Part shown: in pieces, positions 12,291 through 25,825 of the stretch
How the letters are laid out: each line of letters opens with the position of its first letter
Numbering within the stretch: the first letter of the stretch is position 1
Source: Sphyrna mokarran
Lineage: Eukaryota
Direction of reading: 5' to 3'
DNA length: 64,000 nucleotides
Assembly (NCBI GenBank): GCA_024679065.1
Contig: JAGIQG010000003.1
Coordinates: 49,910,001 to 49,974,000 of the forward strand
Program-made: the position numbers and the translations under genes
Notes under the pieces: generated by a model
Database searches by the model: none
Seen by the model: the letters and a program-made list of their open reading frames with translations, nothing else
What the model was told of the DNA's origin: nothing

Positions 12291-14940
12291 ATGGTTTTTG
12301 CTTCTGTTTTGTCATCAGGCTACTCCTCATTTGACAGTTGTGTTGTGTAACTGGTGAAAGGAATAAGACTTCAACTCTATAGGGAAAGGGTGTGTTTTTC
12401 ATTCTAAGCAGAAATGCACCTGTCCTATAGCTGCATTTCCTTGTGATATGTTCCCAATTGACGTTACTTTATTTAGATTGGATGCTTATTTCCTGTGATT
12501 TTTTTTTATTTCCTGTTCTGTATTGATATTTCATCAAAGGAGAAGTAAAAGGAAGTGAAATTTAGGGGACTTGGGAATGGGGTAACTTTTGTAAATTAAG
12601 AATAGCTACAGTAGTTTCCTTTCTATAATTCCCAACAATGGCTAAAAAAATTTTTTCCGGTTCTGTGCACTTTTTTCTCCACAGGCAAATCTAGCACAAA
12701 TCTATATATCCTCTAAGCGTGAATTGCAAACATATCCCACACAGATCTTTCTGCTGCAGTTTCTGGGACAGTTTGCAATTTTTAATAAATATATTTAACT
12801 GGAGAATTGTGCACAAAAATCTGCCTCCAAAGATGGATCTAACAAATGAGATCTGTCAGACAGTGCTTAATTATTGAAAAATTATTGAACAAATGCATTA
12901 TGTAATGGGTGGTATTTCCTTATCACTCTGCAGTTTGATTTAATAACTGTATGCTCTTGCTAAAGCATAACTAATCTTTGGTTAGATTGCAGCAACTATG
13001 AGCTGTAGCTATTGAATAACCTGAAAGGGATTGTTTCCAATGTCATTACCCCCATTACCAATAGCTGCATCCATCTAGTTTACCAAGTAATCATTTATTT
13101 TGCTGTCTTCAATTTTATCAGAAAAGTGAAGCATTAGCTTGAATGTCAGCCAGGTTTTGGTTTACAATGATGACATGACTCCTGTTTAAGGCTTTAAAAT
13201 AAAATGGCTGAAGCTGTTTGTTCTTGGATGCTATATAAGCAACCTTAATTTCTGAAATTCATAAATGCTTGGCTGAAAACAATTAGATTTAATTCGGACA
13301 GAAATAACTTAAATATCAGCTCTTGCTCACATAATTTTATCTGAATCTGCTTAAGTTAACACTATATATTAACTAAAACAATGCAGGTAGGCTAATCTTG
13401 TACTCCTTCAATTTCACACACGGTTTCATTTTAATGAAAAAAGTTTGAGGAAAGGATATGCAGTGTTCAATGGTTTGTTTCATTTGACTTTGATTATAAT
13501 AATCTGGCTAATGATCCTCGTACTCTTTTTGATTGCTCAAGCCTCTTGGTAGGGCCCAGAGATATTTGAAAAAGTTTTTTACAAAGGTTCTGGGGCTCTC
13601 TAAAAGGGACGTCTATCTTGAAACCCCCGCAAGTGTTGATGTATTTCAAAGATCATTTAATAAATTGTTTCGACTCTGCATTGCTCTACATTAAATCAGA
13701 TAAGTATGATCTTGAGCAAAGCAGCAAATACACAATTGAAAACAGACTTAAAGTCTTAGAAATCTGTTCCCTGATCCTAGTTGCTTTATCCCTGACTTAA
13801 CTAAAGCAAGATGTTGATGGGTGACCAACCTGACCAAAAGAGATCGTTTTCGAGCTTTTAAATTTTATAATAAGCTTGCAAGATTTATTGTCATGCAGAT
13901 TTTGGACTTATACTGCTATTGGACCTGCTTTGAGACCTCTGATTCTATCCTCCAACTCCCATCGGAGCCTGGCTCCTCCAGCGCGAGGTGCTCACCTTTC
14001 CCATTCCCAAGTCCTGACCTCACCCACCGATCCCAGTAGCTGAACTTCCAACACCAGAATGCTACACCACTGACAGATCCTAATCCCTCTGTACTGCTTT
14101 CACCACCAGACTAATCTGCTTGCCTGTAGATCAGGCCAGTGAAAATTCTGCCTATATGGTACCAAGCCTGTAGGCCATGGGGTAAAGATTAGAAATTCAC
14201 ATGCCATAATTCAAAGGCTTGTAAAGCTCTATGTTTTTATTTGATTGCTTTGCTAGCTTGTGGTGTTTGTAGTATATTTCACATAGTATGTTGCTGAACA
14301 TTTGATTTTGGAAAGAAGAGCTCTTTGTGCCATTATCTCCAATTTATCTCTGTGATCCTAATATTTTGTCATGTAGATAAGAGCAGATTTCTATAGAGAT
14401 TCATTTTGGTGATGAGCATTGTCTTTGTGAAAGCTAAATGAAGTGCATATTATTTCTTGAATGTCACTCTTTTCTTCTGAGCTGCACTCTATTCCTCAGA
14501 TATTCTTAAGCATTGAAATTCATTGCTCAGGTAGAAGCTACTTGACCCATTGTGTGTACCAGTATTGTCTGAAGCACACCAAAATTCCACTACTGCGCTA
14601 TTTAACCTTGTATTTTCATCTGTTTCAAATAACTTCTTCCAAATTTTCTTTAAAGGATTGAATGACTTTTGCCTCAATTACTCCCTTTGACATATTCCGT
14701 GCCTCAACCACATTGTATGCAAAGATGTTCACCAAGCTATTCCCCACTCCTCGAGGGATTTTTACTTTATTGACTGTATGTCGTTATCTGATGAACTAGA
14801 GCTAATGGTATTTCCCTATCTATTTAAAAAAAACTTCATAATTATAAAATAGATGAGGTCCCAACCCTACATTTTGCCATTATCGAGAATATCTCTCTTC
14901 CCATCTCTGCAATTCAGGGTCAATTTTGTTTGATAATTGT

Positions 14941-15262
14941 GGAATTCCAAAATGCAGAAGGAGGCCATTTGGCCCATTGAGTCTGCACCAACTCTCTGAC
15001 AGAGCATTTTACTTGGGGCTCATCCCCGTAATCCCGTACGTTTGGACTGCTAATCCCCGTAATTTACATGTTTTGGGAAACTTTAGCATGGCCATTCCAC
15101 CTAACTTGCACATTTTTGGAGTGTGGGAGGAAACTGGAGCACCGAGGAAACCCACACAGACACAGCGAATATGTAAACTCCATATAGTAACACAAGACTG
15201 CAATGGAACCTGGGTCCCTGGTGCTGTGAGGCAGCAGTGCTAACCAGTATGCCACTGTGCTT
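14941..15262 (-). mobile_element. HE1-type V-SINE with CR1-type tail
   Basis: 'gcagaaggaggccatttggcccattgagtctgcacc...tgtgggaggaaactggagcacc...gctgtgaggcagcagtgctaacca'. Confidence 0.9.
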
Positions 15263-15994
15263 GCATCCCACTGTGCCACCACACCCCTGCAAATTGCATT
15301 GAGATGTTTTACAATATTAAAGATGTCATGTAAATCCAAATTATTGCAGTTATTAGCTTTTCACTCCCGTGAAAGTGAACTTCCTAACTTAATCATGAAA
15401 GTTCCCTTTCATGATATCATCCTGATAAACATGTACTGTATGATAGTTTTGGTTATAATATCTTTTCTGTACTCTAACCGTGGCTGAACTAAAGTTTTCT
15501 ATAAATGTGTCATTGGTTCTTCTTTAACTACTGGGCTCTGGTTCTAACTGTACTGGAAAAAAAACAAGTCTGCTGGTTGTTTGTTTTTGTAATTTTCAGT
15601 AGTTATATGTTTGAATCCCAGTCCCTTACTGCCGTCAGTATCTTGCCATTAAATTTTTATCCTAATTTTTGTTTTCCCTTCCAAAATGTATCACCTCTTA
15701 CTTATCAAAATGAAACTGCACTTGTCACTTACTGGTCTATCTTATACCTGCCTTCCTGAAGATATTAATGTCTGCTCATTCAGTTTTTTTGCCAAAATTC
15801 TTACTTTTGGACTGTCACCAAATTTAGTGATTCTATTCCTGATGATTTAAGTCCAAATCATTATTATATATGGATTCTCTCCTAATCTGCATCAATCGGA
15901 ACCTTCCTGTATTCTGAGTAGAACTCATTTATTCTGGCTGTTGGATTCCTGCAGATTAAATTTTGTCAGTGCTGTCACATTTCCTCTGATGGCA

Positions 15995-16410
15995 TCATAT
16001 GATGAGAAATAGGAGCAAGAGTAGGTCATTCAACATATCAAGCCTACGCTAACATTCAAATAATGATGGCTAATCTGAATGTGCCCTTAATCCCACTTTT
16101 TTGTCAGTCTCCCATAATTCTTGCTTCCTTTAATCAAATGTCTATCTAATGCAGCTTCGACTGCATTTTGGGGCTAGGAATTTCAAAGAATTCTCCCTGA
16201 GGGAAGAAATTCCTCCTTGTTGCTGCCTTAAATGTGAGATCCCTTTTTGAAACTCTCCTCTCTGTTAAACCCCTTTGAGTGTTTTCCAAAAGATCACTTC
16301 TCAATATAGTTCCAATCTGCATAGTCTTTCCTCATGAGATAAAGCCTCATCCTAGAACTCTGCCTAGTTGAACCTTCCCTGAACTGGTTTCTTTGCAAGT
16401 ATATTTTTTC
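15995..16410 (-). mobile_element. CR1 LINE 3' fragment
   Basis: 'gaaataggagcaagagtaggtcattcaac...gaagaaattcctcct' matches the other minus-strand CR1 tails in this window. Confidence 0.7.
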
Positions 16411-19400
16411 GATAGTTCCACACAAGCATTTGTTATTTATATGGCTGATTGGTTAGTTACATGCAGCATACCAAATGAATGACCAAGAAAGGTGATTGAG
16501 TTGATGTGGAGCATTGAGGGGCCATACAAATTCTATAGGATGAGTTGGCATTGATTTGGAATTGGGAGTATAAGAGGCCATACACCTTTTTAAATTTATC
16601 TTTTAATAGACTCCTGCTTCTGACTGCTTGACCTAAAGTACTAGATCCCAGGACCACGTCTCCCAACGTTTCCATACACAAATTCCCTCCTGGTAACGGT
16701 AGTCCCCAGAAACATTGACTACCCTACCTTTCCAAAGCAGAGACATTCTCTCAGTGGCCAAACTGGCTAATGCTACAATCACTGTTCACTGCACATCCAT
16801 CATTCTCCCAGCTTAGTGATTCCATGCATTCACAGCCTCGGTCTTGATCAGTATACCTCATCTTGATGGGCCCAGAAGAACCCAATTCCACATTCCAACT
16901 CTTCCCTTCCCACGATGCCAAATTGCCATTTCTCCTCCACAACATTGTCCAGTACCTTCAAGGTTCAATGCCCCCACATTGTTTTACAATCCATCCTGAC
17001 CAGTGTCAAGCCCTGCATTCCTAACTTCAGACTTTTGCAAGCTGCCCAGTATCTTGTACGTATTACAATTTTTTTTTAAATGTTAACACATTGATTGAGA
17101 AACACTAAATAGTGACCAAGGCTTTCATGGCTTGCCTGCAAAAATGGAGAGAGTTGTAGAACTGGATTTCTAAAGCAGTTGTCAAATCCCAGAATACCAT
17201 ACAAATTAATTAGGGGCTCTGATGGCTCACTGTGTAGTGCATGGATACAAGTGTAATCTTGAATCACCAGAAGGAATGCCATGGAAGGTTCAGTAATATT
17301 TTCTAAAATATATTTTTAAGGAGATAATGCAAGCACAAACTATTTGGTATTGTCTTTGAATGCTATTCCCCAATTCGTAGAGATTTTTTTCATAACAGCT
17401 AGAATTCCCTGCTCTTGGTTGCATCTTTTGAGATAATAAATATTCTAAAACAATGTATGACATGTCTTTTTTAATATCCCTTGAGACATTAAGTGGCATT
17501 TGTTATCTTCTCACAAATGCTCATCAATAATCCATTGCAGATAAAATATTCTGCAATATCCTGTCTGTAATATACACCCAGCACTATTTTCTGGTATGAA
17601 CTACAGATGAATTACTCAGCCCACAGCAATGAGGCTGCTGTTATGAATCCTTCAGGCAAGCATTGTCATATGTTAACTCTAAGGGGGATCCTGGCTGTGA
17701 TGAAATGCTTTGGCACCTTCAGTTGGAAGAACAAATTCAACCCACACACACATTTTGCATATTAATCCATTATTCACTACCTGAAGAATAGCCTGCAGTA
17801 GTTTCAGAACAGTTGTAGGCATTGTTGCCAGCCAAAAGGAGTTTGCTTCATCACTGCAGAGGGACTGATTCTGAACATCTTTAAGTTTAACTAAGTGTGG
17901 ACAATGCTGGCCGATAATGTATATATAGCAAAAAGGATGTCATTTAGACCATCGTGTTGGCTGATAAAGACCAGCTCTTGAACTGTGTCCTGTAGACTTG
18001 TCAAGAAGATATCCAAGCATTTAAGTCAATTAGGGAGTAAGTTTTTATTTTAATTTTCATTCAATGTACTGTTCAAAGAGGAATTATGAATTTGTAGTTG
18101 GTGCTCTGATCCAGGCCTTGCCATTTCTCATATTTTATTCTTTCAGTTGCATCCAGTCCTAATAAGTGGAACATTTGATCATGTGAAAATTATCCTGATA
18201 AGCAAGGCCACATTGCAAAAAGACTGAGCCATAATATTTTGAGTATTTTGGAGAATGGAGAGTACAGTTTTGAGTATTTTGGTGGCTGCAATTACATATT
18301 GTTAAAATGTACATATTGTGCATTTGTCCAGTCAGACTTCATTTATGAGAATTCTAGATTGTGAAATAATCCTGTGGTTTGCTCATACTCATCTAATTTG
18401 ACGTAATTCATTTGGTTAAAGATGATTTTATCTATAGATGAAGTCAAGTTTCATTTCACAGCCAATCCTTTGGGAGATGAAGACCTGTCATCAACCTGTC
18501 TTTCTGAAATGGCCTCTGACAGAATGGTGACTCCTGTGCTGCATTATTTCATTATATGATACACTCTCTTCCTCTATGATGAATTTTTGTACTTGGACAT
18601 GCTGGCGTATAAGAATTTAAGTGATTGAGTACTAGATACATGCACTCAAAGGCTAGTGGCAAACAAGAAGCAAACATTAGGAATTTTGACATGGATGATT
18701 TGGTTTCTGTAGCATCTTTTGGATGTAAAAGTCCCAACTAAATAAATCGAGCATTTTAAAACAGACAGTTATCTCACATATTGCAAAATTTGTAACAAGA
18801 ATATTGAATCAAATCAAATGGCTGGTTTCTGCTAAACAGCTAAAAAAATACTTGAGCTCTGCAATTTTAAAATTGGTTGATCTACGTATAGGTATTGGGT
18901 ACAGCGAACTTTCTCATGTGATGCTACCTTTTTATATTTCAAGCCTGTTTTGTTTTTCTCAGTTTGGAATTAAACAATTATTTAAAATAGAGGCAAAACT
19001 GCTTTTATATAGTTGTTTAGATATTAACATTTTTCTGTAACATACCCTGCAATCCATGTGACACATTCTTGTACAGTGATCTGATAATAGCACATACAAA
19101 TGCCATATGCTGCATCAGCTTAGGATAACTCAACCATCACTTCCCCTAATTGTTTTGGCAGATGAATAGGTTAAAATCGCATTTATTTTCCCACATCATT
19201 CTTTGTAATTCTTCTCATCATCAACCAGCTGATATTTGCCATCCACATAATTTGACTTTTTAAGTTTTTTGTCAATTCAAAAATCTCTTTGCCTATGCAG
19301 TTGAGGAATTAACTAATTCTGGAACCAGTTGTGATTAGGTTTTTGGGGGGGGGGGGTGCAACTATCAGGCATAAATGCCTGATAATATTTAAGTCCACGC

Positions 19401-22296
19401 AAATTGGTATCCCAATGCCTGAAGGATTCATAACTACTACTTCCCCATCCCCCATCATTATTGTTCCCCCCCACCCACCATCACTGGTGCCCCTTTGAAA
19501 ATGAACTGGTGGTAATAGCAGTAGCAGTATATCCACATGCTATGCGTGTGTGCGCTCTTGAGTCACCTAGTGGAGATACAGTCTAAGACTCCTTTCCCAT
19601 ACAAATATGTACTTTTTATTACTACAGCCAGCAATATCAGGTTTTTGAACCGATGTCTCCCCCTGAGAGCCATACTAGAGATTGTGGATCATGAACCCTC
19701 ATGTGCTGTTTCTAGGTAAAAATTCGGAAAGGTCTATCTGTGACAGGAATGGCCCAGTATGAACAACAGACTGGTTTTAACTGCAAGCAGAATACATGGG
19801 TAATGGAAGTAGTGAGGAACAGGCCAGGCAAACTGATAGCCAGTTTAAGACACAGGAGGCAACAGAAAAGGCTGAAGAGCCTGGGATTGATTATTGTATA
19901 GGGAAGAAGGCTTAATGGAGGTAATATTGAAGACGCTGGTAAGAATAGTTAAATTGAATCATCAGAATATGTTTTGGGTTGCCATAGTCTCAAACTTAAG
20001 TGGGTGGAATATTAAGTGTCGAACAAGTGTGAAAATGGGAGGGAATTGAATTAATCTCTTTTGGGTGAGCTCCCAGTCACAATCGTACAGTACTTAGTTC
20101 AGAAAGCTCGGTTAGGATTGTTACCATTGAGGGAAGAAATCGAGTCTAATTGCACCAGTGAAGCTGGCTGTTGCATGCACATATGCACGCACAAACACCC
20201 TGGGTGTCTGGTGGCCACTTCTATTTTGGCACTGCCCAGTCCTGTCCTGGACCACCTCGGAGGGTAGGGGAAGAGGTTTCGGTGGCTGCCAATCCACTGG
20301 TGGAGACCATACCAGATTTCTGCCAATGAAGGCACAAGTCCAAATGAACCAGATCATAGCATCCCGAACTCACTAATGACATGCTGGAGATGACACACTC
20401 CTGAGCAGGAAGCCAATTTTGCCACCAAATCAGCACCGATAAGATCACTAGAGGTGAGAAACCAGGTGGGATCCTGATTTTTCACTTCTTGCTATCTTAC
20501 CTGTGCAGCTAGTCGATTGACCAGTGAGAAAAGTCAATAAGATCACATCCAGAGGAAGGGATATGAAGAGTTAACTGTTTCACACTGAAAACTGTAAGCA
20601 CATGGAATATGATAGTGAAGGCAGACTGTGTGAACAATTTGGTAAATTGGCAGTATCTATGAAACTGTGAATGATTGACGACTATTAGTTTTTGAGATGA
20701 ATTGTAGAGATTTCCAGCTGTGTACCTCCCTATCTTTCCATGTAAATCACATCCATAATCAAGCAGACTAAAGTATGCAGATTCCAGTCAATAAATTCTG
20801 CAACATAAGCAGGATCTGATTTTTTCAGTCCTCCATTTGGTATTAGATTACAAGTGCTGCTAGAGACAAAAATTGGAACCTTGATGGGGGGGAAAAAAAC
20901 TTAAGCATCCTCAAGATTGCTGAAATAAGTGGGGATTTCAGCTGGTGAAAAGGATGACATTTAACCCCCTTCAGATGCCTTGAGGTTTCCTGTAGGCCTG
21001 GTATTATGCTTCACAGAACCCTTCTGTAGAGATGTTATTTAACTTGAGAATTATTAGGTTTGTAAATCTGCATGAGAAAACTGACTGTTTTGCCCCGAGT
21101 AGTCATTGTGACTGTTGCATTCTAAGGCTTGTTGACATAAAATGAAGAATCTCCCAAGTGGCCAAGAAGGTTGCGATGCTGAGTTTGTGGCAGGGACTGA
21201 TATTGACCAGGTTACTCCGTAATTTAACCTTGCCTCGAAACTGCCTATTAATACTTACTGAAGGAGTGCGTATTTGAAGTATTTTGCCTTTATACAGTGC
21301 ACTAAAAGATATAAATGGTAGCAATATTTTGAAATCTTGTGCACAAGTTACATCAAATTTTTTTCTTAAAGTCTACTTTTCAAACAGCAGTTATAATGGA
21401 AACATCATTTTGGGTAAATTTCAGATTGAGAGACCTAGGGTACCTTTGTGGCAAAAATCCATTTTTTGGCATACTTGAGCCCATTGAAACTTTAAACATT
21501 ATTAACCAACGTTGCTTTAACCGATCCATTTTCCTTCAATAGTTGTACTAGTTGCAAGTTAGCTGCATTTTCCTGTAAAGGGAAAGCAAAATCTCCATTT
21601 AAATTATTTGTGTGTCGGCCCTTGAATTTCCATGATGCATTTACTATGGATGACTCAGCCTTTTTAATCTAATTGTTTTAGAGAGCTTCCTTCTATGGAG
21701 ACCTTTTTGAGCATCTTTTTTTATTGATTGTGTAAGTGCTTATAACTATCTGCAGTGCAGAAATATGACAGCTACAAACTGGTGTGAACAGATAAGCCAC
21801 TGCAGAAATGCTTTCATTTGTAACTCTTATGTCTACCTCATGATTAACCGAGTGCAGGGCTATGATTCACCTGTCAGCTGACTTTAAATGATTCCAAATG
21901 GACCTGATTATGAAATTTGCAAGCCTTGGTATATCAATTATTCTTAGATTAGCTCAATAGCAAGCTAAATGTAATGAAATACAAAATGTCCTGTTATATT
22001 TTTAACATTGTCATAAAATAGTTCTAGTAAACAAAAATATGATTTTCCAGTTTATTGCAGACAAGGCACATTTATCAAATATGAAACGATACAAATTAAA
22101 ATTACACCACATACAATTTTATATAGCAACTTACATGCCACAATAAGCATGTAAGAGAATGTAAGAAATGCTGATAAAATCCTGTTCAAGATCAAGTAAT
22201 TAAGTTTACAAAGTTTGCTTTGCATGATCTCAAATTATTTGTTCAGGCCCCAAAACAAGCTCTTTAGTGAAGCTCAGCGGTCATCCCAGCCCTGCC

Positions 22297-22370
22297 ACTC
22301 CTCCTCCTCTCTCTCATTCTCTTTTTTTCTTTCTCTTCCTTTCTCTGTCTCTCTGTCTCTCTGTCCCCCC
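22297..22370. repeat. CT-rich low-complexity polypyrimidine tract
   Basis: 'ctcctcctcctctctctcattctctttttttctttctcttcctttctctgtctctctgtctctctgtccccc'. Confidence 0.85.
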
Positions 22371-23497
22371 AACACAAGTAATGTATTTTGATGTTTTTTT
22401 TGTTTGAGGGGAAACCATTGCAATCAGTCAAGTTGACAGTATGATAAGTGAATAACTTCATTACCAATCTGATGCTGTTCTACGATGTGTAGCTGTGGTT
22501 GTACTCTTTCACTGGAGAATAGCTGCTGTATTTAGCAATGTCTAACCAGCAGAAGCAAGAAGAAAAGAAATACAGTGCAGTCTCCCATCAGCCTTCCTGG
22601 GAAAGAGCTCAGCTTCACTCATCATTGCTACATCCTTCAAGCAGCTGCTGGAATATTTTGTTTCTGTTTTTGAGCTATTGATATTTAATGAGCTCTTTCT
22701 GTTTAATGATAGAGTGCTTTTGAATAAGACCCTAACCAGGCCTGCTGTGCTGCTTAGTAAATTCCTTTGCTTTCAGCTCAAGCGTAATGTTGTGCTCTTA
22801 AAATTTGTGCACCATTGTAGATGCTTATAATCCATCAAATAGCCTGTCCATATGCTTGGACGTTCTTGGCTGGTTTAGTCATGTTATGTTACTGTTGGTT
22901 TCCATCAGCTATCCAGGAGAAGTCTGTTTAGCCTAGTGATTGAACACAGTCTAGCAATCTATTTTTATCACATGAAGGTTGGGGGCTGGGGGGAATCTGC
23001 CTTTCGCATTTAGCACCAATATAGTCTACTAGCAATGAATTCTGGGTGCAGTCAACTGGCAGCAGCTCAAAAGGAAGCCTTTTCCTTTATTCAGTCGAAG
23101 CATATACTGTGGAGATTACTTAGCAGGGAATTTTAACAGGATTTATTGTGAACAAAGTCTCAGCTGACAGCAGGGAGGCCTAGGCTCCAAACAGGCCAGA
23201 GTCTTACTAAGGTATCAGTGTTTCTGTCCAACTACCTTCGCAGCATGGTGTGAGGTAAAAGTGAACGAGCCCAGGAGTTTGTCTGATTGGAACCATAAAC
23301 GGAAATTCCCAAATACTGTTTCTAGGATTTTATTCTGAAAGCTGCATATTCTTGTAAGAGAACAACAAGCAAAGAAACAGCCATAAGTGGTAATAAAACT
23401 CAAATAAGTTTAATCCTTACTGAGGTGAAGTAATTCTACTTAACAAATTAAACTGAAGTCCTCATGAGATCTTTGTGGAATGTAAGACTGCTGCAGC

Positions 23498-23566
23498 ATG
23501 TCTGTGAACAGTGATAATATCTTCAGGAATGTCACAGCTGCAGATCTGGTGGCCAATTACAAAAAG
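23498..23566 (+). CDS. SCHIP1: Probable second alternative first coding exon of SCHIP1, MSVNSDNIFRNVTAADLVANYKK (phase 0 donor)
   Basis: ATG with A at -3, in-frame TAA at 23483-23485 upstream, 23 open codons, strong AAG|GTAAGT donor. Phase 0 fits the acceptor at 41429. Lies in a roughly 2.7 kb stretch with no recognisable repeats. Confidence 0.7.
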
Positions 23567-24334
23567 GTAAGTCTAAAATAATTGGATAACTTTGCATTTG
23601 CCTTTTTTAAACTGTTCGGCAGTTGAGTTAAAATATAGATTGTTTTTAATCTATTGGCAGGGACCACTGTGCATTTCTTCTGGGGCACTTTGCAGTTAAA
23701 AATTAAATATTCAAATTGTGAATGGTCAACTTCTTGCCTCTTTGCTGTTTTCAGTTTTAATACTTTGAACAAGCCAGGATAAGGTGCAGCAGGTTATTTG
23801 TCTGGTAAAAGTGGTCATATTAAATATTTTATGTACGTGGATAAATACCATCCAGTTAATATTTTTGTAGATTAATAAAAGCAACAAATGCTCTTTAGTT
23901 GCAGCATTCTGTAAGTTGCAAAAATGACAATTGCTTATTCTGGAATGGACAAATCGCCAGTTGAATAGAACAGGATTGAAACTGCTGTGCAGCCCTACAT
24001 TGGACTTCAGTGTTATTTTTAGCAGGCTCTGGTGTGAAATAGGAGAACCCAAAGTATTTCAAATTCATTCTTGACCTTCCATTCCAGATTGTATTATACT
24101 TTATTGGGAAAGCAGACAAATATTTTGGGTAATATTCAGCAGGCAACAACAACCAGCAGAAACTCAGGTGCACACTGTTCACAATTCTTTAGCCATTTTT
24201 GGAAAATAGTGGATAGTCTCGGGGGGTGGGGGGGAAATGTTGTTTGCAATTTCAATAATTGTGCTATCATTACAGTTTTAGTACTGCTTGATGGCTTGCA
24301 TAACTCACCATTATCTGATCAAATGCTATTTGGC

Positions 24335-24787
24335 ATATTGTGAGCACTTTGGGATCCCTAAGTAAGGCTGCCTTGGAGAAGGTCCAGAAGAGCTTCACAA
24401 GAATGATCCCTGAAATGAAGAGCTTACAGGATACTGCGAGGCCTGAATAGAGTGGACATGGAGAGGATCTTTCCACTAGTAGGAAAAATTAGAACCAGAG
24501 GGCACAACCTCAGACTAAAGGGATGATCCTTCAAAACTGAGATGAGGAATTTCTTCAGCTAGAAAGTGGTGAATCTGTGGAACTCTTTGCCCCAGAAGAC
24601 TGTGGAAGCCAGGTCACTCAGTGTCTTTAAGACAAGAGATAGATAAGTTCTTGATTGATAAGTGGATCAGGTTTTATGTGAAAAAGTCAGGAGAATGGGG
24701 ATGAGAAACATATCAGCCATGATTGAGTCTGCTGTGCCATTCAACAGAATATCTGGCCTAATTCTGCTCCTATGTCTTATGGTTATC
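24335..24787 (+). mobile_element. CR1 LINE 3' end
   Basis: 'ttggagaaggtccagaagagcttcacaagaatgatccctgaaatgaag' (LEKVQKSFTRMIPEMK), 'gtggtgaatctgtggaactctttgcccca', tail 'ctgctcctatgtcttatggtt'. Confidence 0.85.
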
Positions 24788-25496
24788 ACATTGGAGGGCT
24801 GCAAATGAACAATTTGAATGAAAACTCCAGGAGATTATGAAGCGTTTAGCTATCTTTGATATAAGACTCTGAATATAAATGTGTTTTTATAAGAGGAAGG
24901 AATTTAACTGTATAGAATGGGATTTTATCAATGAGTGTTTATATTGTGAGGTTTATAAAAGATACATAAAACTATATTTAATTTCATCCAATATGGTTCC
25001 GGAGGTATGCCTTGGTGGATATTGGTTGAGAAGGCATGGAGTGTGTAAGGATGATGGTGAGGTATAGCTTGGCATGAGTTGGCACCAAGCTTTCATAGGA
25101 TCTACAAGTGGGGAGAGTACTGGGTGTGGAAATTGAGGGGACGTGGGCTATGGGTAGAGGGACATAGGTTGGCATGGAGGGTATGAAGGGCAATGGGACT
25201 GGATAGAGGTACATGGGTTGGTATGAATGTAGATGTGGATGAAGCATGGAGAGTGGATGAAGGTTTGAAGGCTAGAGGGCCTAATTACTTTTACCGGATC
25301 TCAGAGCACCGAAGTCATTTGGGGCTGTTTCTCCCAAGGTGGAAAATTTCCAATTCACCGCGCCACCTCAGGAGTGAAAATCTAGGCCGTAGTCTTAGAC
25401 AGCCCTGCAGTGTGGTATTAAGGGAAGTCCTAACCATTTAGGTCCCTGCACCTGAACAATTTTTTAAATTATTTTATTTAATGGTTGAGCACTAGG

Positions 25497-25825
25497 AAAG
25501 AAAGACTTGCAGTCATAAAAGCATCTTTACAACCTTCGGGTAATCCAAATCATTTTATAGCCAGTTAAATACTTTAGAAATCTAATTCCTGTTGTCAAGA
25601 AATGTAACAGTCAAATTACCATATAGTGAATTCCAGAGGCAGTGGTGCTATATAACCAGATAATATCTAATGATTATGGTTGTGGAACAAATTTCAGTTA
25701 GGTCACTGCAGAGAACTCTCTGCTCTTCTTCAAAATAGTATAATGGGATTTTTTACATCCACTTGAAAGACTAAACCTCTGACAGTGCAACATTTCAGCA
25801 TTGTAGTGGAGTCTTAGAGTTATTA
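25497..25825 (-). mobile_element. Deu-domain SINE (SacSINE1/AmnSINE1-like)
   Basis: 'gagaactctctgctcttcttcaaaatagtataatgggattttttacatccacttga...cctctgacagtgcaaca' is the reverse complement of the Deu domain. Tail 'aaagacttgca'. Confidence 0.75.
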
